DNA of 64,000 nucleotides from Takakia lepidozioides (Eukaryota > Plantae > Bryophyta): NCBI GenBank assembly GCA_030704615.1, contig CM060733.1:33976001-34040000 (forward strand), given 5' to 3'. A model generated the notes under the pieces. It was not told where the DNA came from. It ran no database searches and saw only the letters and a list, made by a program, of their open reading frames with translations. The position numbers and the translations under genes are program-made. Position 1 is the stretch's first letter; each line of letters begins with the position of its first letter. Shown piece after piece: positions 13,060 through 25,400 of this stretch.

Positions 13060-13520
13060 AAGTCACCAGATCAATGAGTGAATCGTGAGTCTTGCATTAT
13101 GAAGCACGCGGGATCCACGGCAAGAGTTACAGCATTGAGAGCAACGTCATAGCATAGCCGCACGGGCACTAGGAAGGAGTATAAAGGGCGATCATAAAGG
13201 CTTATGAGAGGGTGAACAAGGGCTCAACCAATAGAGATAGTCATTTACAGCAAGGCCGACCGTGGATTAGATGGCAAACTGCCGAATCAGCGAGTTGAAC
13301 GTAGCACAATAGAACCAATACAAGCGATAGTGTGACCATCCGAACGCTGACATGGTGAATCATATGAACGGACTGACGGATTGTAGTTGCCCCGGGCCGC
13401 GCAACCTCACGGGGTCATGATATCTTCTCTGAACAATGGTCACGGGCTGATAATAGGGGACGAAACCAACCATTGAGATTCCAAGTGAGAAGTTATTCGT
13501 CCAGTCTAGGTGTCATGATG
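13060..13520 (-). mobile_element. Highly decayed L1-type endonuclease remnant
   Basis: Minus strand reads LLTWNLNG near 13470-13492 and LISGDL near 13057-13075. The interval between contains many stops. Confidence 0.35.
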
Positions 13521-13615
13521 TTTTCCTGCTTCCGCTGTGGCTTCATGTAGCATCGAAACTAGGACTACCGGGTTGTGTGATCAAGAGGGAAATGGGATAT
13601 ATGTATATATATATA

Positions 13616-13780
13616 AACGCCTGGAGAAGGGAGTGTAACTTATGGTGTCTCAAGGGCTACTGCCTTCGAGCTGATAAGTGGACACTGGACACCTTCATGA
13701 CATACCAGACCGTGGTTTGAACCCACAACCACATCCAACGTGGTATGTGCCCATTACCACTGGGCTGCATGCTGGTTGTC
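13616..13780 (-). mobile_element. tRNA-derived SINE, family 1
   Basis: A-box-like cagcccagtgg and B-box ggttcaaacc on the minus strand. Homologous to 52483-52651. Confidence 0.75.
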
Positions 13781-14439
13781 AAAGGAAATGGGAGATCTAT
13801 CCTGGTGGGTGTGAAACAGGGACCCGTTTTTACTTTACAGGAGTCTTCTAGGAAATATGGTCAACTCCTCCGCTACCCACTTCACTCGTGTGTGCATGGT
13901 AGTGGAGCCTTTGTGAAGTCTGTTTAACTCTACTACCCCACTTCACTCCTCTGCAGTAGCCCTAAAACTCTCGAAGGATGCCCACCGCTGTACTACTACT
14001 TGACACATGCCCTCACTAATCAACCATTCTTAGACCCCTACCTTTGGACTCATTGGCTACTATATTTTTGTCTTTTACTGACCTTCAGAATTAACCCCCG
14101 CCAGAACTTGGGTCCATTCTTGAAGGACTTGTTGAGAGCAGGCGTAGAAACAAAGGTAATCTGCATGTTGTTTCAGAGTTGAAATCTTCATTTTATAAGA
14201 CATAATGGAACGGTTGAAAGAAATATTTCCCGCATATCTTGCTAACTTTTCTCTAAGCTACAATCTGCCATGAACCATGAGGGACAATTGGAAATTTGTA
14301 CAAGTTCAAAAGTGTATACTAGGCAAATCAGCATATTAACAAAGGTTTCATGGGTGAAAAACGGGCGAAAATTGAATAGCAAAAATGTCCTCCTGGAGAA
14401 CTTCCTCAGATTTTGTTTTCCAAGTTTGAAGTTCAAAGC

Positions 14440-14474
14440 TCAGTCCTGGAGTTTTAGATCAAAATGGTAGACAC
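14440..14474 (-). other. Duplicate (alternative) ferritin terminal exon
   Basis: cag|GTGTCTACCATTTTGATCTAAAACTCCAGGACTGA encodes (G)VYHFDLKLQD*. It lies 130 bp from the first copy, which encodes (G)[10 protein letters not shown]. Confidence 0.85.
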
Positions 14475-14569
14475 CTGCCAACCCCACCAACATCACACCA
14501 TTCAACAAAAATGACGACATATGTGCAAACAGCATGTTGTAGAACACCATAGTGTTTGAAGTTCCCGGC

Positions 14570-16904
14570 TCAGTCCTGGAGAATTAAATCAAAATGATAG
14601 ACACCTGCGACCCCACCAACATCACATCATTCAATAGATGACTTAACATATGCAGATAGCAATTTGTAAAAAAAATGCAATGGCGGTGAACAAGGAGAGA
14701 TGGCTGTTTTGGAGGAAGCTACATCCAGTTGTCTTCTAGCAAAGCTGATTCCAATTGCGAGCATGTGAAGTGACAACCCAAACATGTGTTCTTACCATGG
14801 CCTTTCCCAACGCGCCGCAGCTGTGATACATACTCTGACACTTTCTTTATGGCCTCCACCTAGACATTTTAGTCCATTCCAAAGTAATCAATTTCGGAAA
14901 CAGCAAGAAAGTTCAGCTCACTTCTCAAACTAGGGTGTCATGGTGCTTCCCAAGGTGATTCATTTCTGTGGCATGAGGTGTATGATGCGTAGCTGAAAAG
15001 CACTACAATCAATAAAGGACATTGCTAAGTACATCATGTACTGAATGTACTTTTGCATCTGGTAGTGGCACAAGACAAAGATGATGTTATAACCAAAGAA
15101 TTCAAGGACCTGTACGTCAAGCACACTCAGGACTGAAAGCCTTACCTGTTCTTTAAGGAACTCGCTCTCTATGAACTCCCACATCTGGGGATCGTTGTTA
15201 TCCACAGCAACCTGCAGAAACACGTTTAGTTGTTGGGCACATCGAAACATTCACAGCCAAACAATGGCATACTGTGAGCATTTGAGCAGCTAGATCTAGC
15301 CATCGACACTACACTACAAAAATAATCGCCCTTATGATCACAGAACATCCAGATGTCAACTAGTTGGTCTTGAGAATAAATCTGTTCCAATACTACCCTC
15401 AAGCAAGCACCTGAACATAGGGGAAAATACATTATGATTATACCAACCTGGTGCAATGATAGAAGCTTTTCATTCGTTAGCTTCTCCAGAGCAAGTGCCA
15501 GCTCCATAGCTGAAAAGAACACAAAGCAATATGACGGAAAGTAGAAAGTACATTGTGTACACAAAATAGCACACCGCCATAAATTTTATTTTGACATCAA
15601 CCAAAGCGCTAAACCAATTCAGACAAGCTTGGAACTCAGTAGAGGCAGAGGCATACAGTAAAGTGCATCTCCCTTTTCAGGGTGATCAAACTCAGAAACT
15701 GGCGACACAATGGATTGCAATCTCACTCTGCCACCACGCTTGTTCTGATAGCACAGGGAAAATAAAACGCGGCATAGTATCATCAGCACAGAGAAAAGAG
15801 CATAATTCTAATGGATGGCACAACTTCAGAAGTCCTTTTATAACTGTCACTAAGATTTGAAACATCCATTGCACTTGATGACCCCGCCTGTAAGAGTATT
15901 GAAAGCTATTACAATTAATTTTACCCTCGGCCTGAAACTAAAACTGAGCAAATACTGTATTTTCATAGTAAACCACATCCAATGTGAATAGCTGATAATG
16001 CAGATAGCATCATGTCCGCAACAAAGGAATACACTTGAACACCTGGTATTTCATGAACTTTTCCGCATGCCCCCGCTCCTCGTCACTTGACTCCTTGAAG
16101 TACCTGCGGTGATTGCAGTCTCCGCACAGATGTTAGATCTAGAAACAACTCCCTACTAACAAGCTTCAACACATTTACGGGGGAAAAAAATCTGCAACTT
16201 CACAACTTACTTGGCGAAGCCAGGGAGAGCCACATTGTCGCGGTCGAAGTAGGAAAACAGCGCATGGTACACATAGGAAACATTGTACTCAACACTGCAA
16301 AAGGCCAACATTACATGTCATAACAACTTACTGGAAATCGGAATCTTTCTTTAACAGCTTGCCTCTCAATTAAATGCATTCATTGACTGCCAAGTTTATA
16401 TTGAAAAACTAGAGCACAGCAAGAGAAGATAGAGTAAAACAGAAGAGTAGACTGCGTAGTGACGAGCAGCAGGGCATGTAGCAAAAAACAGGATGGCTGC
16501 TGACACGGCGTCTCTTTCCTCAGACTTTCTCCAGAAGAGATGGAGGCCCGTGAGAGGGCGCCAAAGATCAAGTAAATTGCTCACTTGATCTGATCGTTGA
16601 TGGCCGCTTCGCAGCTTGTTGAGTAGCGCTGACGAGCCAAGGACTCCGAGTACGCAGATGGCACCTGGACCAACTGAGTTTGTACTTCTGCAAATGGTTC
16701 AAACACGACACCCGTGAGAGCCTCGGTGTCAACTCCTCCTGTTTGCGCAGCTCTCACACCCCCTCGCCGCGACGACTTGCTCCAATTCGAGCCCCATGTA
16801 GCCAGACTCAACGCATCTCCTCTGCTATTTCTCTCGATGTTGGTAGCACTGGACAAGGAAGCAACCATCCCCGACGCGGGGGCTGTGGCCACGCGAAGCA
16901 TCAT
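14570..16904 (-). CDS. FER: Ferritin, plastid-targeted, 8 exons
   Basis: Exons 16904-16585, 16294-16211 (84 nt), 16103-16043 (61), 15744-15657 (88), 15509-15448 (62), 15211-15146 (66), 14859-14796 (64), 14604-14570. These are the conserved plant ferritin exon sizes. Motifs: [104 protein letters not shown]. Ser/Ala-rich transit peptide. Confidence 0.96.
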
Positions 16905-18349
16905 TTTCCCGTCTTTTCCTACCAGAATCTAGTTTCCGCTGCAAATTAGTGGAGTAACCAACTATAAAACACTCAAATCTCTCTCTCTCAACAGCACTCA
17001 GCACACCATAGCACTCAGCAGGAGTGGTACAAATTTCACACAGCCTTCCTAAATCCCCCCTCTCTGTCTCAAATACAGCAACAACCAGGAAGCGGGGTGC
17101 AACAGCAGGAAAATCCCGCATCCACACGTAGTCCTCCCAACGCTTCAGCTATTCAACTCAGGGATACCACAACCAAATGCTCGCAGACAGAGATAAAGAC
17201 GCTCTCCAGCTAATACATGACAGTAAATACATACGTACTATGTATTATGCGTAATATGTGTTGGTACATGGCCACTAATGGCGCGCACACCCAGTTCGAT
17301 CTCGAAGTTAAGTAATCAGATTATCTCTTAGGCTTTGGGACAAGAGACGAGAAGAGAAGCCTGAAGGTCGACGAAGAAGGCGTCAAAGGACTCTGCGGGA
17401 AGCGCTGACGAGGCAGCGGAGTCATGAGTCTGGTGTTTGCAGGGAAGGTGGCCATGCTGACAGCACCGAATGAGGACGGGGCCTGTCACTAGTGGCCCCC
17501 ACACCGAGCTCTGACTCGCATCAGCCTTAAGTATCTTCAAGTCCTCCGTGCCTGCTCACCAAGCTCTGAACTTACCTCCTTGGAGGTTCTCCTAGCCTGT
17601 ACTCGGCTATGGCGTCTGTCTCTTGTCGTCCACTAACAGATTTTTTCCATCCATTTTGCATCCACGAATATATACCAATCGTCGATCTGGAGGATGGATG
17701 ACAGTAAATAGCCGCAGTAAATAGGCAAAATAGACATGTTGATGGCATGGCATGACACTATGATGATGACATGTTACGACGTAGGTACGCGCGGATACGT
17801 ATGATAATTACGTACCCGCACACAGCGTGGTGCAATATGGCAGCGTACAAACGCGCCACGCGGCGAAACCTGGCATATGGGCGCATGTACGGCACGCGCC
17901 CCCAACCAATGTGAGCGTGGGGGCGCAGGACAGGACGAGCTTGCGGGATGGCGCGTGCCGCGCACACTCGGCGTTCCCGATATTTGCCGCCCGCTACACA
18001 CTATGCAACAGGATCTGAAAGACTACCTCCATCAAGGTAACCAAATCGATCTTTCAAGGTGTGAGAATACCTCCCTGGAGGTAATTTATGGGGTCTTGTG
18101 TAGTATCCACGGTTCTGGAGCAACTTGGAGACGACGAGGGTGCGAGACAAGCGGGAATCAGGTTTCTGTCGCGGTGGGCCACAGCGTCACACTAGAGAAA
18201 GGTGATGGAATGGTCTCGCGGACGAGTCTGTTGTGGACTCAGATCTCGTGTAGCTGCAAGAGACAAGCTGGAGTGAGGAGCTGGGCGAGATTTTACAAGG
18301 AGACCCCTTGCGATGGAGATCCACTGCATGCGGCCACAGTGCTGGTCGC

Positions 18350-18840
18350 GTGGAGGCCCTGCTCCATGGCCGATTGGGCAACCTATTTTCCGCGGTAAGC
18401 ACCCCCAGAGAAAAACCTGGCAGAACTCGCATGTACTAGTCCTAGTTATCTCAAATGCGAAGATGAGTACAGGGAGCTGCTGAAGGTCAATGATCTTGCA
18501 CGGACCTCAACCACAGATTCTAACATACCTTTTGAATAGCATGGTAATTGTTCCCTACATGATGCCTCACTGCGACGAGTATGTCAAATATGTAAGATTC
18601 CGAACAGTGGCTGCTTCGTCGAATATCCATCCTCCTTTGAAATGGCTCAATTTAGAAACCATGTACAGGACCAAGCTTGGTCGGCTGTACGGAGCTGACA
18701 GGTGCAAGAGAAGCTAGAAATCTTCAAGGACTTGTTTGAGAAATTCATAGCCGCAGGTGGGAGGCTCAATATTGGCGACCTGATTCCGGCGCTCAGGAGG
18801 TTTGATCCTTCAACCCGACAAGATGAGGCATCCAAGGAAG
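18350..18840 (+). pseudogene. Cytochrome P450 (CYP71-clan-like) pseudogene fragments
   Basis: Collinear, frameshifted motifs: GPAPWPI/GNLF...NLAELA (Pro-rich N-terminus), RELLKVNDLA, LKWLNLETMYRTKLGRLY, FKDLFEKFIAAGGRLNIGDLIPALRRFDP. Confidence 0.7.
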
Positions 18841-19299
18841 TGACTATGCATGATATAGGGGTTGTCCATTTAAGCTCTCACTTTGTTTATCAGATCTGGA
18901 AACACCGTGCTATCCAAGCTCCCGACGGCCTGTCTTCATCATTACATCAGCTCCCTCATCTTTGTGTTTTTCAACATGGCCTCGTGGCATCCCACTGTGC
19001 AATTTCCTCCAACAATTTCAGGTATGTGCTGGTCAATAGGCCAGTAGCAAATCGAACAGGCTCACTATCCCAGCAAACCAGGTACTGCCCCCCCCCCCCC
19101 CCCCCCCCCTTATTTTTGATACATACATGAAGCAAAATTGCTATGTGGCAGGGGTGATATGCTCACTTCATAAACGGCAACTTGTTGGTATAGCCCACCT
19201 AATAGGCATACTTGCTCAGCTGCTGCCCCCCTGGGCTGGCTTCCTCTCCATCCCCAACACTCAAACACCACATTCTGATATATTTTACACCCACAAAGA

Positions 19300-19545
19300 T
19301 GTACCTGATGACATCATCAAAGCCGTAATTGTTCCAAATGTCATTCTGCACACTGCCCTGGCAGATCTGGAAAAGGGCATAGAGGTCCATGGCGACATCT
19401 TCAGAGCTGGAATTGTACCAATTGTCATTCTGAACAATATCCTGGTGGACATGTATGCAAAATGTGGGTGCATCGAGGATGCAAAGGGAGTGTTTGACGC
19501 TATGGCTGAACGAGATACGGTGTCGTGGAATACGATGCTTGAAGA
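19300..19545 (+). pseudogene. PLS-class PPR gene fragment
   Basis: LEKGIEVHGDIFRAGIVPIVILNNILVDMYAKCGCIEDAKGVFDAMAERDTVSWNTML, i.e. L and S motifs only, within ORF 19127..19858. Confidence 0.85.
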
Positions 19546-19849
19546 TTCTGCTGCAGTTGTACCAAATGTCACCCTAACACAACCACTGGTAGGCAAACAA
19601 TGGCGTAAGCAAAATCGAAACTTACCAGGGGAGAGTATGGGCAGTGTAAATGTATGTCGAGTTGCCAACACCAACACCATGAGGCCTCCCTGCACTCGTG
19701 CACACCACCAATGTGCGACCTACTTAGAGAAAGCTCCCCTGCCCATTAGATTGGAACTACGAGCTGAAACTCATGTGACACCAGCCGAAGAAACTGGAGC
19801 TACGACACAAGCTGAACGGTTCAGTTTAAGCTGTAGTGACTTTCCACAC

Positions 19850-20320
19850 TCCCCGTAATGCCGCCAACCCAGCCACATGGAAGCCGGACTCCTGGGGACA
19901 AGACACCATATATCAGAAAAATAAAACGTTGTACAGGGAGCTGGCGTCCATACTCCAGGAAGATCCCACCCAAGCTCTGAACTATGACAAATGGAAATTG
20001 CATTCTGGACTGCCGAATGGCATATCACAATGCATGAGGTCCATAAAAGTCGGGCCCGGGAAAAAAAGAAAGCCAGCGCCACAACTAACTTTTTGTATCT
20101 GGGTATGAAAGCCTACTTTATGTGGAAACTAACCTCAACCAGACCCTCCCACTCTCGCCATGTGGCAATACTTAACCCTCACTTGATCCATACATTTTTG
20201 CTCTCCGGCAAACATCATGGTCACAAAATTCCCCACAAGGCGACACTCACACGTTGTGGTAAGTCAGATGGTGTCTTTGTACTCATCATACCGTGCAACC
20301 ATTTCTTGATTGTGTAGCAC
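19850..20320 (+). mobile_element. Possible L1 ORF2 C-terminal (zf-RVT region) remnant
   Basis: Trp-rich frameshifted pieces: NKTLYREL...KWKL, FWTAEW, KAYFMWKL, TRCGKSDGV. The match is weak. Confidence 0.35.
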
Positions 20321-20399
20321 TTTCAGGCTATAATTTCGTAGCTAGTTATATTTACAATACTTCCACAAGTAACAGCTTTTCCAACTAGTGAGAACGCTC

Positions 20400-20950
20400 A
20401 GTACTTCAGCTCTTTCCTTGAACTTCAACTTCAGTTTGGTAAGCACGTCAGCATTTATATTATCTGTGCTGCAATATAATAAAGCTGGATTTGTCCGCTT
20501 GTAAATTTTCTCGCTCAAAGTGACATTGAATTTTGTTCTCCTTTCACACTTTGCTGGCTTCTTTATCTCCTATCAATCTGCACGACATTTTGTAGGTAGT
20601 TTGCTATGGACACGGGGAAGTTCCCTCACGGTTAGCCTTCACGGCCTGCAGGGTGGTTATCTTTTCCACCAATGTGACTCTTTTATTATTTAATTTGATT
20701 AAACTTAAGGGGCCGTCCCCTTTCTTTGTTTTTTTTATTTTTAAAAATTGGTATGCTTCCTTGTCATGGAACTTAGGGTTATATGAGAAAGTGACATACT
20801 TACAACTTTGGTTATCACACCAAATTATAGTGAATGACAGTTTCACTTCTCCCACAGTTGCCAATTATTTCCTTTATTGCTTGTTTGGAAGGCATAGACT
20901 CAGCCTTGGTGCTGGATACTTAGAGCGACAATTGTCTCTTGCTACTCTAG
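20400..20950 (-). mobile_element. Ty1/copia RNase H remnants
   Basis: IIWCDNQSC...NPKFHDK (20604..20864), and a second piece IQCHFERE...QIQL...NADVLTK near 20430-20545. Confidence 0.65.
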
Positions 20951-21129
20951 CTAATTGCTCATGATCCAAGAAAGAAACAATATCCGGTTGTAGATTTTCT
21001 TTTTTCAATATATTATGTCCAGTCAGAATCGTAGCCCTCAAGTTTGGCTCCAATATTCGAGACCATGATTGATTGTACCTTTCATATTTTGCAAATTTTG
21101 TTTAATTGTAATCTAATGTCTTTGTCTAG

Positions 21130-21950
21130 GATTTAGAAATTGAGACAACTCTCCTCGATTTACTAGGAATAATCACGATAGCATATCGGTGGTGGTTGAT
21201 AGGTTGTCTAAAGCAACACACCCAATTCCCACAAGAACGAACGCACCCTTTCACCTTGAGATAGATGCTCAAACGGAGAGAACCAATCGCATGATTGAGG
21301 AGACATTGAGAACGTATGTTGGTGAGACAATCTTCTTGGGGGTAGTATCTGTACATGGTGGAATTTGCTTACATATAAGCATTTCCATAGTGCCATTGGG
21401 ATTAGTCTTTTTTATGTATTGTATGGTTGTGATTTCTGGCTCCTGCTTCTTTGGTTAATTCGCCTCCATCCAAGGTACGGGGTGTCAATGATAGAATATA
21501 AGAGATGCACTTTGTATTAGACATCTTAGAGAAGTGGAGTATGCAAAGTGCAAAGGAACGAGCAAAGTTTTATGTTGATAAACATAGAAGTTTCCGTGAA
21601 TTTGCTCTTGGTTTCTAAGGGTTGCACCTAAGATAAACAGTTTGAGTTTGGGGAAGTGTTATAAGCTATCTCCAAAACTTTGTGGTCCACTCCAGATTGT
21701 GAAACACTTAGGTCTGCGGCTTATGAATTGGACTTACCTTATAGTTGGAAGATCTATAATGTTTTTCATGTCAGCCTTTTGAGAAAGTACATGTCAGATC
21801 CACATTTGCTTACATTACCTTAAGTTATATCTAATGGACAAATGTTTGCAGAACCAAAACGGGTTTTGGAAACCCAGATAAAGAGTTTGCGCAATAGATT
21901 TTGTTGTGAATATCTGATCAAGTGGTTGCAAAGAGAACCTACGCCGTGAG
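21130..21950 (+). mobile_element. Ty3/gypsy integrase and GPY/F remnant
   Basis: VVDRLSKATH, DAQTERTNRMIEETLRTYV, KLSPKLCGPL, AYELDLPYSWKIYNVFHVSLLRKY, with stops and frameshifts. Confidence 0.85.
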
Positions 21951-22419
21951 CAGCTCACGTGAGCGTGCGTGAGGAGATTATGTGGTGTAAACGTGAGTTT
22001 ATTTGAAGCGTGAGCAAAATCAAGAAAGAGAGCCCATAACCATAGAGATGATGGGCATATTACCGTGGAAGGAATAGTTCTGAAATGGTGAATTTGGGAA
22101 CGTGATAGGGACCAAAGACAACACCGTGAAAATGGAAATGGGACGATTGTTGACTTCACCCAGCAAAGACTAAGACAAGCTGAATATGTATTTCCCATGA
22201 AGTTGTGGTGTCCGTTCCTCAAATGTCAATGCATCTCGCCTTGGCTGAAAGGGTGCAAGATCAAAATATGTTACCCGGGCTGAAATCATTAACACACATG
22301 TGTGCTATTGAATAGAAAAAAAACATTGAGACAGAGAGAAGACAATAACACATCCAAGTTACAATTGAGAATTCAAAAGTTCTACATCATTTATGAGAGG
22401 ATACTAAAACGGAATAGTA

Positions 22420-25400
22420 CCTTATGCGCGGGTCGATTTCGCACATAATTAATTAAAAATGGCACTGTCCAAAATATAGAAAAAATGAGCCATTTGTCTC
22501 GAATATTCGAGAAATTCCAAGCTCACAATGTCCGAATAAATAAAAATTGAAGAAGAATATGTTGAAAATAAAAAATACAAATATGATCCACTTATCAAGT
22601 AGCAACTAAACCTAGTGCACTTCAAGCTTCACTCATAGCACATTCGAGCATCATATCCATGATATCATCATCTTCGAACAACTCCTCCATGTCTTGTTGT
22701 TCATTAGTATCTTCACAACCGTCCTCTACACTGAAAAACAGGGAAGCATGTGCATTTGATTCCATAGCCTCCGCTTGAAAACCTTTATCAAATGTCATCA
22801 ACAACCCACACTTGCCCCACCCTTTCACAATTATCTATGTCTGACATCCCATGACTTTCCAAGTATGCAGAAGCCAAGTACACAATTTTTCACGTAGTGT
22901 ACCTATTCTGAGATCAAGCTGGACATTTAAGGCACTATTCTCAATTTGATGTTGAATTGATGTTGCCGACCATTGCTTGAACTGTGTTGTGAAACCACAT
23001 TTCACAACACAGTTCAAAAGCCATTAAAGAATGACATCTGCAGGTTGGAGCTTTGATGTGCAATTTGCAGGAATAAATAGCACACAAATATTCTTCATCC
23101 ACGTAAGAAATGCCTCTGATTTATGGACGGACCAGCAATCTATAAGCCAAATAATCTTATGGCTCCTTGGCAGTCTCATTTTATCCACCACGTCTTTGAA
23201 ATATGGAACCGGAATATGACAGACAAATTGTTTATATGTTTTAATGTTGGACCAATGGTTTTCAGTTATTGTGAAATGAAACCCATAATCCAAACAAATT
23301 CTTGCAACTGGGATTTTTGGTAAACATCGATCTGTTTTACTAGTGAAGATGATTTGCAATGGTAGTAAGTTACCAGCAGCCCATGATGATACACAACATG
23401 TAACCTGACGCTTGTCCTCTACTCCAAGGACTTTTGATATCTTTTGAGCCCTTCCTCTCCCAAGTGCACTCCCTAGCCATGGGAGCAAGATGAATACCTA
23501 TAGAAGAAGAAAAAATTAAATAAAAATTAAATAAAAATCAATTGACATGAGAAATTTTAAATCATACATGTAGCTACTTCGTTAATTGATCATTATCTTT
23601 AAAAATCATGATCAAATATATGACACATAAAATCAGCAAGACACGGGGAGAATAAAACCACATTATGAACTATAAAGCAAGCTAAATTGATAAGAAACAC
23701 ATAGCATACACAGATACATACATAAAATCAAGTTTCGGGCAAAACTGAGCCATGCAAAATAACATTAGCAGAGTATGAATTGTAGTACCTATCTGATCAG
23801 TATTTACAACCAGATTTGGAAGGATATCGTAGGCACGGTATGCCATGAATTTTCCAAGAGTCTCCCAATCTTCTGGAAGTTTTCCACGTGCCGTGATGGC
23901 CTGTCAATAGCTCCAATTTAGTGTATTTTTAAAGAATGCTCATGTCCACGGTATTGTCACTTTAAACTTACCCAATAACTCAAGTGCACGAGCAATAATG
24001 AAACCCAAAATTATTGGCTGACAAATCCAAGCATTTAAAGATTGCCCTGCATCTCTCATTTTCATAAGCAACTCACACAATTCTTTCACCACGTTAGGTC
24101 TACATGCAAGAGGTCCATGATTTTGAATTGAGGGTGTGAATTGACTGTGTCTTCCAACATGAGGAAAATACTTAGGCTTCAAGTGCCCTTCAGAAATGAA
24201 CCACGTGTACAAAGAGCTGCGACTGAGTCTGTCAAAGGGGCTTGAACTTGTCCCAGGCACCCTACAAAATAAAATTGAATCAAGTGACAAATGTGAGACC
24301 TTTCTACATTGTGCAAGTATAATTCCTCAATCAAATTTAACTAGATTCAATTTAATGTAGGCCTCCATCCAAAAAGAGGTCAGCCACCAGAGCAACTGAA
24401 AGTCTTGTCATAACATCAAGAAAAGTTAGAGAGAAGTCCCAACATTCACTATGGACAAACTATCCATCATGTGGCCCACGTTTATAGCACTCACTGATTT
24501 TAAGGAAGCACCATATGGGTTTGCATTACCTCGCAGTCCCTTTCAAACAAGTGCATGCTCATGCAATTTAAAACTCAGCCTTGTGTGTACTAGACAACCC
24601 TCGTTGGAATTGCTGCAAACCCTAATTCATGCATGCTGAATTCACAGACTTCCAGTATATCAAAGGTGACTCCCAATGAGCTGCGTGCATGTTCATTACC
24701 TAAATAAGACTAGCTAGCTTTGTTTTCACTGACTCTCTTTCTTAATTACCTATATCTATGACCACAAAGCTATGTCAAATAATGTCTCAACAGTACATTC
24801 TCTTTGAAATAATACTAAAAAAATAACCACAATGAAGAGAGTACCTAATGAGAGTTAGGTACCTGTGAGTCAATTTCAAATAGTGTAAGGCAGCGGACAA
24901 ACTTTGATGCTACTTCACCGCCGCCTCAATTAGAGGCCAAGTATCCTCCGTGAACCAATTCACATATGATCATGGGTGAATGCAGGGTTGACTGGACCAA
25001 AATGGACGTTATTGGCACAGTTTTAGATGACTGCAATTGATGGTGTCATCAATTGAATTTGAATAAACTCATTAAAACCAAAAATATATATATGTCATTG
25101 GATTCCTAGCTTCAATACGCACCCATAGCAACTCTCCAATCATGAATCCGATAAGAAATAACTCTGCTATGGACTTTTGAACACTGTCATTGTGGACTGT
25201 TACCGCAATGAATGGAATTACAATGGACTCAAGTTCTCATATGTGCCATTGGTGAATTCCATTGAAATTTGGACTTACGGTGGCCATTTTGGTCCACATC
25301 ATAGGTATGGATTTGAAGTGGCAAAATCATTTGTCATTTGACTCATATGGACTAATATATGTAAAAACAACAGGCGTTTTTTGAAAAGTCATCATCTTGT

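Noticed and set aside
17821-18005. Complete hAT MITE
   Set aside because: Only a weak terminal match (cacagcgtg / cacactatg) and no TSD, so it is left unclassified.
19127-19858. Functional PPR gene
   Set aside because: Only about 2 motifs, no targeting peptide or E/DYW domain, and flanked by unrelated sequence.
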